This document shows, piece after piece, positions 11,301-19,500 of a stretch of 25,211 nucleotides of DNA. The position numbers and the translations under genes are program-made. Position 1 is the first letter of the stretch. Every line of letters starts with the position of its first letter. Source of the DNA: a virus. Its lineage: Duplodnaviria; Caudoviricetes. The stretch spans positions 1 through 25,211 of the IMG/VR virus record IMGVR_UViG_3300017903_003623, one strand, 5' to 3'. The notes below the pieces were generated by a model, which saw only the letters and a program-made list of their open reading frames with translations, did not search any database and was not told where the DNA came from.

Positions 11301-14300
11301 GATCAATTTTATCCTATAAAATTGAAAGAGGTTATGGATATCAAGAATTAACAAGAGCATCGGGATCTATTGGTTTTGGACAAGTTGTTGGGGGACAAAT
11401 TACCGGCATAACCCTAACCGAGAGAGGTAGTGGATATAGAGGAGATCAATTAATCACGATTAATAATGCTAATCCAGGAACAGGTTCAACAATTTATGCT
11501 TTAGTCGGTACAGGAAATTATTCGGGAAATCAAGTCTCTATTAGTGCATTTAATTATAATAACTTAACTGGTATAGCAACAATAACTACTTCATCTGCTC
11601 ATGGTTTAGTTACTTCAGAAATTCCAGACGTGATAATATCTGGAATTGTTACCAATATTCATGGACTTGACACAATTGAGCAATTCAAAGTTTTGGATAT
11701 CATTGATAGTTCAAACATTGAAGTTGGTATAGGAACTAGTGCATCAACATATTCATATACTAGTGGTGGAACTTTATCTCCAGGATCTAACGTAGGATTT
11801 ATAACTGGATTTAGAGTTGATAATGGAGGATCTAATTATAGCACTACAAATGGATATCCAGTTGTAGAAATACCATCTCCCAATTCATATTCAAATTTAC
11901 CTCTTATTGGAGGTAGTGGGTCTGGTGCAAAGGGAGATTTAATCATAGCCGGTGCTGCAGGATCTGTATTTGAATTTGAGTTAACTGATATTGGAGTAGG
12001 ATATAATATTACTGATACTTTATCAATATCCGGAATACCAACAAGTCCTTATGTAACTCCAGGAAGTCATGTTGGATTTGGATTAACAGTTTTGAATGTA
12101 TCTAGAGACAAGTTTTCTGGATATAATTTTGGTGAACTAATATTATTTGATGATATATCAAATTTAACAAATGGTTTTAGAAGACAATTTCCTTTATCTA
12201 GAACTCTAGATGGATCTAGTGCTCTTGTTAGTTTGGATTCTCCTCCTGGGGCAGAATTTAATCTTGAAAATAATTTAATCATTATTGTAAATGATATACT
12301 ACAGGTTCCAGGAGAATCTTATACTTTCGATGGTGGAACACAATTACAATTTATCGATCCTCCCAAAACTGGATCTAAAGTAGCAATTTTATACTTTAAA
12401 GGTTCCGATAAGGATATTATTGAGAGTGATATTATAGAAACTGTTAAAATAGGAGACAATTTAGTTGTTACTGAAGATAGAACTAAAAATCTAAATAATC
12501 AGTTCCCTAGAAGAGTATATAATATACCAGGATCAAAGACTACAGATACAAACGTTTATAGTAATATTGGATTAGGAACAGATGAGCAAGTTAAAAGAGT
12601 TGTTAATTGGCAAAAGCAGAGAAATGATATTTTTATTAATGGTGAAAAAATTTATAAAACTAGACCCGAGTTAAAATCAAAATTAAGTCCCTCTACGAGA
12701 GTCATTAAGAGTTTTTCAGCATCAGATACTGAAATTTTTGTGGATTATATTAATTTATTTGAAATTGATGGTATAAAAGAAGTTAATCAGGATCTTATTA
12801 TCAGAGACAATAGATTTTCTGATACAGAGCAAGCAAAATTATCACCTACTGTTGATAACTCTCTCATATCTGAGGTAAGTTTGTCAAATGAAGGTTCTGG
12901 ATATTATACTCCACCAAATGTTAGTATTGTGAGTAAAACACCTCAAAGAAAAGTTCCTGGTTCATCTTGGTCATCATCAGGTCCAGGTGGAGGAGATGCA
13001 ATATCATTTACATATGAAGAAAATGTTACAATAACCAATGATACTAACATTGATCAGTTTCACACAATAATTATTTCTTCTGGAAATACTCTTATCATTG
13101 ATGAAGGATTTGATTTTATTATTAGTGGGGTTGATATTTTAAACAATCCTAGATTTGAGGATTATAGAGATGTTGCTTATATACCCGAAGATAAGAATTA
13201 TGTAACTGTAGGAAAAAATGGAATTGTTGGTTACAATGTGATATCAAAATTAAATAACGTGTTACAACCCATTCCTACCGGATTATTTACCGAAGATCTA
13301 AATTCTATTGATTATTATAATGATGATGATTTAGATTCTCCAATTTTTGTAGTTGCTGGAGATGGTATATTAGGATATTCTACAGATAAATCTGGTCCAT
13401 GGAATAGAATTGATAAAGTATTTCCTGTTATTGTAGGATCTATAAGTCAAAATACTATTCTTGATCCTACTACAAAAATATCTATTTCTGATATAACTTA
13501 TAATGATGTTAAGTATTTTGATAATATTGGCAAAGCTATTGCTGTTGGTAGTTCAATGGCAATAACGGGAACTACAGGAACGTTTGGCTTAGATTGGAAT
13601 AATGTTAATATAAATTCAGATCTGAATGGACCTGAAGGACAAATTTTAAATAGTATTCATTACTATGATAAACAAGATTCAGGTAAAGGAGGAATAGTCA
13701 AATCTGCAGGATATGTAGTAGTAGGAAATTCCAATTATATCTTTAAAAGCAGTAATGGAATTAAATGGAATACTGACGGTACAGGTGGATTATCTTTTAA
13801 AGTTCCTGATACATCACTACCACCTGAAGCAATAGGAAAGAATTTTAATGATTTAGCATCTAATGGAGATAATTTAGTTGTTGTTGGTGATGATGGCATT
13901 ATTATAAGAGCTACCGAACTTAAATCGGCAGCAAATAATTGGACTTATATCGAGACAAATACCAATGAAGATTTTGTTTCTGTTGTTGATATTGGAGGTG
14001 CTTATGTCGCAATTACGACTTCCGGAAAATCTTATATATCCAAAATTGGAAGTTCTTGGGTGGAGAATGTGGGAGATTTTGATCAACCTTATAGAACTGT
14101 CGAAAAAATTGAATTGGATACTGTAGATGAGAGATTAATTTCTATAGGATCTACCAGCGGACAAAAACCATTTATCGCAATAAGTACTGATACTCAATTG
14201 AATGCATCTTTTTCTTTAGAAATAAATTCTACCACTGGAATAGTTACTGGTGCAACTATTGTTAATGCAGGATTTGGATATACACCTGGAAATCCTCCAA

Positions 14301-14926
14301 TTATAATGGTTGCACCTCCAATAGTAAGAGAAGAACAAATTGCAAATGCAAAAGTTGAGGGTGATTTTGGAAATATTGTTAGTATATCAACATCTATTGG
14401 GATAAACACAGATCATGCCCTCAAATTTGAATTTGAAATTGATCCAATATTAAATTCAGCCATCTATAGTAATTTTTCAATACCTAAAACTGGAATAAAA
14501 ACTGACTATTATTTCTCTATAAGTGAAAGTATTTTTGCACCGATTTCAACTACATTTAGTAGTTTTACTACAGGATTAACTACAATTTCAAAATCTGATA
14601 CATTCAATCAAATATATCAAGCGACTCAAGTAATACAACCTGATGGTGCAGTAGGAATTGTCACAGTCATTAGTGATATAGGAGTAAATAATTCATCTAC
14701 TATTTCTCAAATTGTTAATGAGTTAACAGATAATGATGCAAGACCTTCAGGAATATCTACAATATTTGACTATTCTGCAAAATATAGTTGGGGCAGAATT
14801 TATGATTTTATTAGACCAACACCCAAATCTTTTATAACTTTTGAAGACATGACAACAACATCAAATATAGGATTATCTTCAAATCCTTCTATTCATAGAA
14901 TATCAAATATTAATGAAAAGTATTGA
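2375..14926 (+). CDS. gp7: Giant gp7-like baseplate wedge initiator / multidomain virion protein (4183 aa)
   Basis: Lies between gp6 and gp8. N-terminal LPEFI.EESPLFVEFLKSY and IKDFYSSKGT..SFKILFKLLYG, internal DNFYYQPFSY...W......LNH.SGF..F and C-terminal YSWGRI match cyanophage gp7-like proteins. Contains many repeated beta-rich modules. Confidence 0.85.
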   Translation: MYINLEDQKIRVEDIISNLLPEFILEESPLFVEFLKSYFISREAFGSDIDIIRNLLEYQRIQKLFLLVEDTTLSDDIDFFDTTITVASTEGWPQKYGLLKINDEIIGYEYKTETQFINCYRGFSGSTQLGKYNSNDNYIFKSTEASDHTSGSKVENIGILFLKEFLFYLKSKYMPGFENIDFYDGIDSNLILPRIKDFYSSKGTFNSFKILFKLLYGEDSNITLPSESTLAPSASQYINTSDLIVELKSGDINKIKGSQLLQDENVSEGINVASGSVYDFNLIKSEDLPTRSYTGIATQINNLIRITSKNHGLSTSDPVYVQFPSDGSTSRVFPEVSVINDDQFLLYSNESLNKENQSVNIETINTIRKDFYKLKVNSVEGNFVLSGKTNLISDVKVGDTEIFVDSTIGFLDSGIIEIEGDIISYTSKSVSVFKGCSSVDIFHATGSDVTSNREIYSFEDGDSSKRISMRLVDTSTNILSNKKSIFKNDTKLRVKDFGYSKPDRNINNFILNKIIDVEVSSINVAAGTITFASNHNFLEGDIVDIKYLNAFNKYGIRDRIVPGLDSVTIRIINAFTIQIVSASIPSSISNEELVVSKLNNTGKSLSNKFNELKNQSANVQRIFIDDELNNYYIAASSIPSTNFDLNSDNNSQLKTFTGNSISNTGQIGFGTDSIRFNNQNHTFRSGEKIRFLMSGSESENINQSLFVKRINDNVIKFSVSPSSSENNDFVSLSDYISQVGPGDITVSLIRDEFFNKQILDQENLRKIKTNLTEGIEYDFYKKPLIPFGILSDGVDLYPPFTEDEINFGRVEEVSVIDGGNNFDVINPPVGIFTNTSVGVGASVNLYVEGEIKEILVSNRGKSVKDTIKIKISGGNNQDVKVVPVLIDDFNFQIFSSSEGPVNLVNDTITFTSNHNFTTGDEVRYNVIGAGSSIGLESGGKLVNNSNYFIIRVDDTTIKLANTKKDSFGNNAIGLGVTFGSGDGQITSVVPNKLLERIDIENPGKFIYKSLSFSGSISEYPAGNNYNYTLKGININYDYIFYRHHGFEDGEIIQYQSTSTVIGGLVDNNYYYILKIDDDKFRLAFAGSDLDSLKKDNYNRNEHVNLLSIPITSANFRHTFRTPEITVDVIDDYSIIKPTVVPIIRGKISHASLDSNGSGYGSQTLNLTKIPSIEIEKGSGGRIELIISNGKIVSTYIINSGSGYSSLPDLIVNPGNSKGSGAKLLPIISNGKLTDVKIINGGFNYNNTATVSIKNVGSDEDFSVELQKWRVNSIYKNLSSDGEFQNILNDYYLRPGKSESSQIVCSYPSKDLRFKLGDSINQRDTDLLASNISHPHSKILGWAFDGNPIYGQFGFSDPNSFSPTKRIKSGYRRLDDASIKSRRENSNIRPSFDNYPNGYFIEDFYYDKSFGDLDEYNGRYCITPDFPNGTYAYFTTIDSEGRPAFPYAIYGLKDKYDEFNVDFVKSRQSYIKNIIDSLITCTSPLNLNSNGFYYPFLPVINKNQNILSVADQKKSIVSKINIINPGTNYKIGDKIEIFNDGIFGKNSISEVSSLNGVSISTIRTERNEVTNLYFEINPSDIRVINNEPHNFSNRDNVRVVISGITTNDFSFLNGNYSITVKESDTTLVGDIPDSGITTHLKLTSTVKSLRISVDDFIQIDDEKMKVLRIDNELNQVKVKRSVDETSIDSHNSFTKVNILPSSFTFQTGITTTSYTQKYNKVYFNSSQVGVGTIANTEIDFVGIKTQISIKPKSIYIPDHGFKNNQKVQYNVTGVGLTVSPTDDIENDGYVLSNGTNLYVINLSKDLVGLSSTPIKVGAAYTNQNSDIGLYFESEDATIYDDDNQSLTFNPLPIGDVFELKTTVETESDHNLSKNDLVNISIAASFTDEYQLLYDRDYGYLKFPARRFNSGISSAKNTISLSNHGFRDGDRVLYSSESDAHLGPDFYNDQILYIKTFSEDIISFSKTKDDVSSNNILNITESNNNIQFYNIEHINPKIIAIKGSKIKITETSSIGIDLNFYSGNPVPINYLDTSQFIFDDDSITIDTNKIPSEIFIFGIINGNPITDGSGEDTSIKVIDSVYENFYPVTGISSTKKFNIELYDDPTNLLYNASNSNPTYTTTSKTAKGSIDKVRIINSGSSFDYPLGIASITSSTGSDAYFGYELEKSINGDDDLITINTIYNFSSDQTYRFNVDSPSIVSVRFNNKLIGVAVTDSGKNYILPPKVQILDNPEIFLLSELNGNSVNSVEVITKDNGVLTDDLVIFADFHTNGIEVLNVTVEVDNQTVNLFLKEPNNGFTEFPFEVGDKIYVEGIKNTDIDASGFNSKDYNFSPFTILSTNPIQGASRVTYKISEAGGTSATAGTFDSLPSFGRVIKLDDLVKFDAILDTSNYTPGENVFTVNGYNAVIDDNGWNPKNKTLSLRNQTGTLRIDDILIGSSSGAKSIVGQIVNQDSHLLRGSSTQSILELDSSFSELNLDTQVISDNFYYQPFSYDIASGVSLDKWESTIESLNHISGFEKFASFVVLNEVETQINSNDSDITSSIIIENKSMNLEEVYGFDYVTENTKDFVDFSFSDQINFETKQLTDSISAVTNKAIFLDDISDQFTAVYDGSNGGNIVGLSSFKLTTSESGADKVSIFLKNFDSSDSSVVDIDTDTLNIPHHNFTNGEIVTYSAVGEDRISIFETDRVIGGISTTKLPSQVAISFVDINNIRLAGTSADALNGNFFDITAVGTGIQKFVSTNQNTRCLITIDGIIQTPLSFSDVNVGLAESVGIGSTTIKLVGITSIFTNSLIQIEEEIIRVDSVGFGSTNVMSVDRGFMGSVAVAHTVGASMTVREGQYIIRDDVIHFASPPQSGLSSSFTPENTGINSSFYMGMKFHGRIFNRASADENYVFDDISYQFDGSENKFELTSNKQSVEDIFSDNVGLLTGTDVSSGVILINNVFQVPGIDYDIIQNVGVGASVVFTGTNDETIPSGGSILSYKIERGYGYQELTRASGSIGFGQVVGGQITGITLTERGSGYRGDQLITINNANPGTGSTIYALVGTGNYSGNQVSISAFNYNNLTGIATITTSSAHGLVTSEIPDVIISGIVTNIHGLDTIEQFKVLDIIDSSNIEVGIGTSASTYSYTSGGTLSPGSNVGFITGFRVDNGGSNYSTTNGYPVVEIPSPNSYSNLPLIGGSGSGAKGDLIIAGAAGSVFEFELTDIGVGYNITDTLSISGIPTSPYVTPGSHVGFGLTVLNVSRDKFSGYNFGELILFDDISNLTNGFRRQFPLSRTLDGSSALVSLDSPPGAEFNLENNLIIIVNDILQVPGESYTFDGGTQLQFIDPPKTGSKVAILYFKGSDKDIIESDIIETVKIGDNLVVTEDRTKNLNNQFPRRVYNIPGSKTTDTNVYSNIGLGTDEQVKRVVNWQKQRNDIFINGEKIYKTRPELKSKLSPSTRVIKSFSASDTEIFVDYINLFEIDGIKEVNQDLIIRDNRFSDTEQAKLSPTVDNSLISEVSLSNEGSGYYTPPNVSIVSKTPQRKVPGSSWSSSGPGGGDAISFTYEENVTITNDTNIDQFHTIIISSGNTLIIDEGFDFIISGVDILNNPRFEDYRDVAYIPEDKNYVTVGKNGIVGYNVISKLNNVLQPIPTGLFTEDLNSIDYYNDDDLDSPIFVVAGDGILGYSTDKSGPWNRIDKVFPVIVGSISQNTILDPTTKISISDITYNDVKYFDNIGKAIAVGSSMAITGTTGTFGLDWNNVNINSDLNGPEGQILNSIHYYDKQDSGKGGIVKSAGYVVVGNSNYIFKSSNGIKWNTDGTGGLSFKVPDTSLPPEAIGKNFNDLASNGDNLVVVGDDGIIIRATELKSAANNWTYIETNTNEDFVSVVDIGGAYVAITTSGKSYISKIGSSWVENVGDFDQPYRTVEKIELDTVDERLISIGSTSGQKPFIAISTDTQLNASFSLEINSTTGIVTGATIVNAGFGYTPGNPPIIMVAPPIVREEQIANAKVEGDFGNIVSISTSIGINTDHALKFEFEIDPILNSAIYSNFSIPKTGIKTDYYFSISESIFAPISTTFSSFTTGLTTISKSDTFNQIYQATQVIQPDGAVGIVTVISDIGVNNSSTISQIVNELTDNDARPSGISTIFDYSAKYSWGRIYDFIRPTPKSFITFEDMTTTSNIGLSSNPSIHRISNINEKY
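3305..11620 (+). repeat. Eleven dispersed protein repeats with core H-[GNT]-[FL]-x-x-[GNSR]-[DEQ]-x-[VI] in gp7
   Basis: His codons at 3305 (HGLSTSDPV), 3977 (HNFLEGDIV), 4415 (HTFRSGEKI), 5114 (HNFTTGDEV), 5504 (HGFEDGEII), 7136 (HNFSNRDNV), 7646 (HGFKNNQKV), 7976 (HNLSKNDLV), 8138 (HGFRDGDRV), 10355 (HNFTNGEIV) and 11600 (HGLVTSE, degenerate). The repeats are visible only at protein level. Confidence 0.85.
6371..6724 (+). other. YHYH-family-like C-terminal subdomain within gp7
   Basis: HSKILGWAFDGNPIYGQFG ... SGY ... YPNGYFIEDF.Y ... GDLDEYNGRYCITPDFPNGTYAYF.T ... PAFPY matches the recalled C-terminal half of YHYH domains. Confidence 0.75.
10163..12373 (+). repeat. Three copies of a DDIS..F.G...F.L / I.IN...Q.P...Y....I.F..PP module in gp7
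   Basis: LDDISDQF (10163) ... ITIDGIIQTP ... IHFASPP; FDDISYQFDG (11051) ... LINNVFQVPGIDY; FDDISNLTNG (12146) ... IVNDILQVPGESY ... LQFIDPP. Confidence 0.75.
12950..14190 (+). other. Putative beta-propeller (BNR/Asp-box/Ycf48-like blades) inserted near the gp7 C-terminus
   Basis: Repeated blades: YVTVGKNGIV, FVVAGDGILGYSTDKSGPW, AIAVGSS...GLDW, YVVVGNSNYIFKSSNGIKW, LVVVGDDGIIIRATE...W, YVAITTSGKSYISKIGSSW and LISIGS. Confidence 0.7.
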
Positions 14927-14934
14927 AATAAATA
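14927..14934 (+). promoter_or_regulatory. T4-type late promoter, AATAAATA
   Basis: Immediately follows the gp7 stop (TGA ending at 14926), in the largest intergenic gap (41 nt), 33 nt before the gp8 ATG. Confidence 0.72.
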
Positions 14935-14967
14935 ATAAAAAAATAGTGTACTTACTCAATATATAAG

Positions 14968-16521
14968 ATGCCTTCCCACATTACTGATCAATTTAGAATT
15001 ATTAATTCAAATAATTTTATTGGATCTATAAAAAGAGATACCGAAAATTATTACACTTGGTTAGGTTTACCAGATCCCACAAATTCAATAGTTGGAGGTA
15101 GTTCGGGATGGAATAGTAGTCCTCCAAATCCAATTGACAATTTCAAAAATCAAAATGATTATCATGATACAATGCTCTTCTTCAAGAAAATTACAGAAGA
15201 GCATGTTTCTAGAGTAATTAGAAGAATAAATTGGGAATCTGGTCAGAAATATGATATGTACAGACATGACATATCTATTAATAAACTATCTAATGTTACT
15301 AATGCTACTTCCCTATATACATCAAATTATGTTGTAATGAATTCTGATTTCAGAGTTTATATTTGTCTTCAAAATGGAACTGATGAAAATAATCCTAATG
15401 GAAGACCATCATTGGATCAACCAGTTTTTACAGATTTACAACCAAAATCCGCAGGTTCTACCGGAGATGGATATATTTGGAAATATCTTTACACTATAAA
15501 ACCATCAGATATAATAAAATTTGTTACAAAACAATTTATACCAGTTCCTAATAATTGGGGGTCTGGAGATACTCAAGAAGTAAAAGATGCATCGGTTTCT
15601 GGCAAAATTGAAACTGTTTTAATTTCATCAAGTGGTAATTCAAACTATACTCCTGGAGTGTATACAAATGTACCTATAAAAGGTGATGGTGAAAATGCTG
15701 TTGTTTCTATTGTTGTTTCTTCTTCTGGAAAAATTTCTTCCGTTAATGTTACTGACGGTGGTTCGGGATATACATCTGGAATTATTGAATTTGATTCGGA
15801 TAATATTTCAAGTTTGAATTCCGGCACTGGAGCAGTTTTTGATGTGATCATTCCACCAAAAGGTGGTCATGGAAACGACATATACAGAGAACTTGGGTCT
15901 AACAAAGTTATGATCAATACAGTTTTTGATAACAATTCCTCGGATAATAGTTTAGATTATATTATTGGAAATAATTTTGCTAGAATTGGAATTATATACA
16001 ATCCCACAGTCACTTCTACAGTTAGTAATACTGGTACTGCATTAGGTGCCATAAAATTAAGGCCATCTACTGCAAATAGTGGAGATTCTATCTCGGATAC
16101 TACATATAGTGCTAATGATAGGATAACACAAACCGTCTCTGCAGGAACAACTGCAACGGCTTATGTTGCATCATGGGATGCTAATAATGGGATATTACGA
16201 TATTATCAACCTGTTGGTATAGCAACATTTACTGATAATAAATTACACAGGTTTTCATTTGATCAAAACTCAGAATCCAATAATACTATTTCAGGTGCTA
16301 GTGTTGGTAACTCTCTCGTAATAGATCAATTTAGTGGTAATTCTAATGTTAATACAGAAACTGGTGTGACCATACCCTTTGGAATAGAATTTGTAAATGG
16401 ATTAGCAAGTTCTGAAATATCCCCTAAATATAGCGGTGATGTAATTTATGTTGATAACAGAGCATCTGTACCGAGATCACAAAACCAAAAAGAAGATATT
16501 AAAATTGTATTAGAGTTTTAA
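14968..16521 (+). CDS. gp8: Baseplate wedge subunit gp8
   Basis: 517 aa. MP..ITDQFRI.N..NF, RRINW.SG..YDMYRHD, YVVMNSDFRVYICL.NG, DGYIWKYLYTI.P, IIPPKGGHG.D...ELG and C-terminal SGDVIYVDNR..V.R...QKEDIKIVLEF are typical of cyanophage gp8. Confidence 0.94.
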   Translation: MPSHITDQFRIINSNNFIGSIKRDTENYYTWLGLPDPTNSIVGGSSGWNSSPPNPIDNFKNQNDYHDTMLFFKKITEEHVSRVIRRINWESGQKYDMYRHDISINKLSNVTNATSLYTSNYVVMNSDFRVYICLQNGTDENNPNGRPSLDQPVFTDLQPKSAGSTGDGYIWKYLYTIKPSDIIKFVTKQFIPVPNNWGSGDTQEVKDASVSGKIETVLISSSGNSNYTPGVYTNVPIKGDGENAVVSIVVSSSGKISSVNVTDGGSGYTSGIIEFDSDNISSLNSGTGAVFDVIIPPKGGHGNDIYRELGSNKVMINTVFDNNSSDNSLDYIIGNNFARIGIIYNPTVTSTVSNTGTALGAIKLRPSTANSGDSISDTTYSANDRITQTVSAGTTATAYVASWDANNGILRYYQPVGIATFTDNKLHRFSFDQNSESNNTISGASVGNSLVIDQFSGNSNVNTETGVTIPFGIEFVNGLASSEISPKYSGDVIYVDNRASVPRSQNQKEDIKIVLEF

Positions 16522-16524
16522 AAA

Positions 16525-19500
16525 ATGCCACAGTCAATTAATTTAAATTCAAATCCTTATTTTGATGATTTTGAAGAATCAAAAAATTATAAAAAGGTTT
16601 TGTTTAAACCTGGGGTTTCTCTTCAGGCAAGAGAATTAACTACTCTACAGAGTGCTCTACAAAATCAAATTGAAATATTTTCAAATAGTATTTTTTCTGA
16701 AGGACAAGTTTTAGAAGGTGGAAACATTGAATATATTTCAAATTTTAGTTATATACTATTAGAAGATAATTTTAATGGTATTCCTGTAATCAATTACATT
16801 GATAGTTTAGTTGGGTTAACTTTAATTGGATCTCAAAGTGGAATTAAAGCTAAAGTTGTATCTGTAGTTTCAAGTTCAACTTCTGATATATCTAAAAATA
16901 CTCTTTATGTTAAATATCTTAGATCTAATCCAAGAAATTCAAATGAGAAAGTATTCAGAAGTTCTGAGGAATTATTAACATCAGAATCCATAGTAATTGG
17001 AGCAACAACATTTTTTCAAAATACTTCTATTGTAAGATGTTTTTCTAATAATCAAGCAGGTTTTGGATCTGCAGTTAGAATATCTTCAGGAAAAACTTAC
17101 TTAAAAGGATTTTTTGTTTCTTTTAATGAAAAATTATTAATATTAGATCAATACTCAAATACTCCAACTTATAAAGTTGGATTTGAAATAACTGAAAAAA
17201 TTGTCACCTCATTATCAGATCCTGCGATTAATGATAATGCAAGAGGATTTTCTAATTTTGCATCTCCAGGAGCTGATAGATTAGAAATTAGTTGCGATTT
17301 ATCTAAAAAGATTTTAGATGATTTAGATACTGATGTATTTGTAGAAATTTTAAGAATAGAAAATGGTCAGATAAAAGCAAACAATATTCAGAATCAAAAT
17401 AATTTTATAACAGATGAACTTGCAAGAAGAACTTACGATGAATCTGGAGATTATATTGTCGATGAATTTTCTTTACAAATTGATAATACTTTAAATGATC
17501 TAAAATCTAATGATGGTATTTACTTAGATACAGAAAGAACTTATAAAAATCAAGTTCCATCGGATGATTTAATATCAATTTCCGCATCTCCAGGAAAGGC
17601 ATATGTAAGAGGATATGAGATTGAAAAGATAAGTAATACAATATTTGAAGTTGAAAAAGCAAGGGAAACGCAAACAATAAGCAATAAAAATATTCCAATC
17701 AATTTTGGAAAAAAAATAATTGTCAATAATGTAACTGGTGATCCAGCAATCGGAATTAGTACTCAATTTCTAGAATTGAGAGATGCTAGAAGATCGAATG
17801 ATGATCCTGATACTGAAAATGGAAATATAATTGGATATTGCAGAGTTTATGACTCTAAATTAGAGGGAGAATATTTAGATAATTCCAGCATACAAACTTT
17901 ATACATCTATAATTTACAACTTACAACAGAAATTGTAGTTTCCGATGATATTACTTCATATGGGGTGGGTTCTCTAATTGAAGGGAAATATAGTGGTGCA
18001 AAAGGATACGTAATGGCTAAAGATGAATCCACAACATCATTATCTGGAATATCCACTTTTTCTATATTTAATATTAGTGGGGAATTTTTAGACAACGAAC
18101 CATATTATATTAACGGAATCTTAGATAGTAGAAATATTCAATCTTCAAGAAAATATAGATTTTCCGATATTAAATCAGTTAGAAATGCTGGTGTAGCAAA
18201 AACTTTTTCATCTGATTTAGTACTAAATGTTATTAACCCCCTAACAGCACCAACAAATTCATTTGATATCACTGGAGTTTCAAATGGAATATCCACAATT
18301 ACTGCAACAACAGTAAGATTTACGAATTGTAAAGTTAATGATATTATTAGTTTTTCTATTACAGAAAATTCAAACAGTACCCTTCCAAACTATTTGAAAA
18401 TAAATTCAAAAAATGACAATGATACTCAAATAACAGTATCTGAGATTACTGCTACTGTTGGAGTGAACAGTTCAATTCTGCCAACATCCAATAGAACTTT
18501 AAGTGATGTTTCTTTACTTCAACCAGAATTGGAAGTTTCGGAAAATCCTGGATTTTTTGCAAAATTGGATGATAATTTAATATCTAATGTTAATGTAAAT
18601 GATTCTACAATAAGAATAAGAAAAGAATTTACTAATATTACAGTTTCCTCTGGAAATGCTTCTGTTTCCAGTGGATCAGCAAATTTATCTTTCTTACCAT
18701 ATACTGTAGGTAGATATATTTTACTATATTCTGATGGATCTACGGAAACATTAAATTCCCAAAAATTACTAGTTAGTGGTGATTCTAGAACTATTACACT
18801 TAGATCATTATCAAAAACTTCTGCTACTGATGCTAAGTTAATAGCAACTATGATTAAATCGACATTAAATTTAACTGCAAAAAATATAAGAAGTGATTTT
18901 TCAATAATATCTAATTCCAATCAAAATATTTCTGGAACTGGTAATAATACCTTAAATGATGGATTAACTCCAGACAATAGAAAATATGGAACTAGAGTTC
19001 AAGATAAAGATATCTGTTTAAATTACCCAGACGTAATAAGAATCAATGGAATTTTTGAGTCTGAAACTATTGAGGATCCAAAATGCCCTACATTAACATT
19101 AACGGAAAATACTAATAATTTAACTGAATCTATACCTGGGGAAGAATTTTATGGTGAAGTTAGTGGGGCTTTAGGAAAAGTCATCCCAACATTCAATAAT
19201 CAGTCAAATACTAATACAAAAATAAATTTCGTTTACATAAATAACAAGAAATTTAAAGTTGGTGAAAATGTAATTTTTAGATCTTCCGGAATACGAGGAA
19301 AAGTGAGTTCATTTACTTTTGGGAGTAAAAATATTACATCATACTATGCTTTTGATAATGGACAAAATGATGATTATTATGATTATTCTAAAATAATTAG
19401 ATCATCTGATGATTATATTCCCAGTAGAAGAATTTTAATTTTATTTGAAAGATATAATATTGAATCTATAAATGATTTTGTTACTGTAGATGGATTTGAG

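Noticed and set aside
12196-12211. Inverted repeat ATCTAGA-AC-TCTAGAT
   Set aside because: Only a 7-bp AT-rich stem with a 2-nt loop, inside the gp7 coding sequence and with no U-tract. Chance occurrence is likely.
14927-14967. Possible terminator or small RNA in the gp7-gp8 gap
   Set aside because: The gap is only 41 nt, A-rich and has no GC stem-loop. It is explained by the late promoter and leader.
18043-18300. Short direct DNA repeat TGGAATATCCAC at about 18045 and 18285, considered as a DGR or recombination repeat
   Set aside because: Only 12 bp and explained by the repeated GIST peptide. There is no long template/variable repeat pair or reverse transcriptase in the window.
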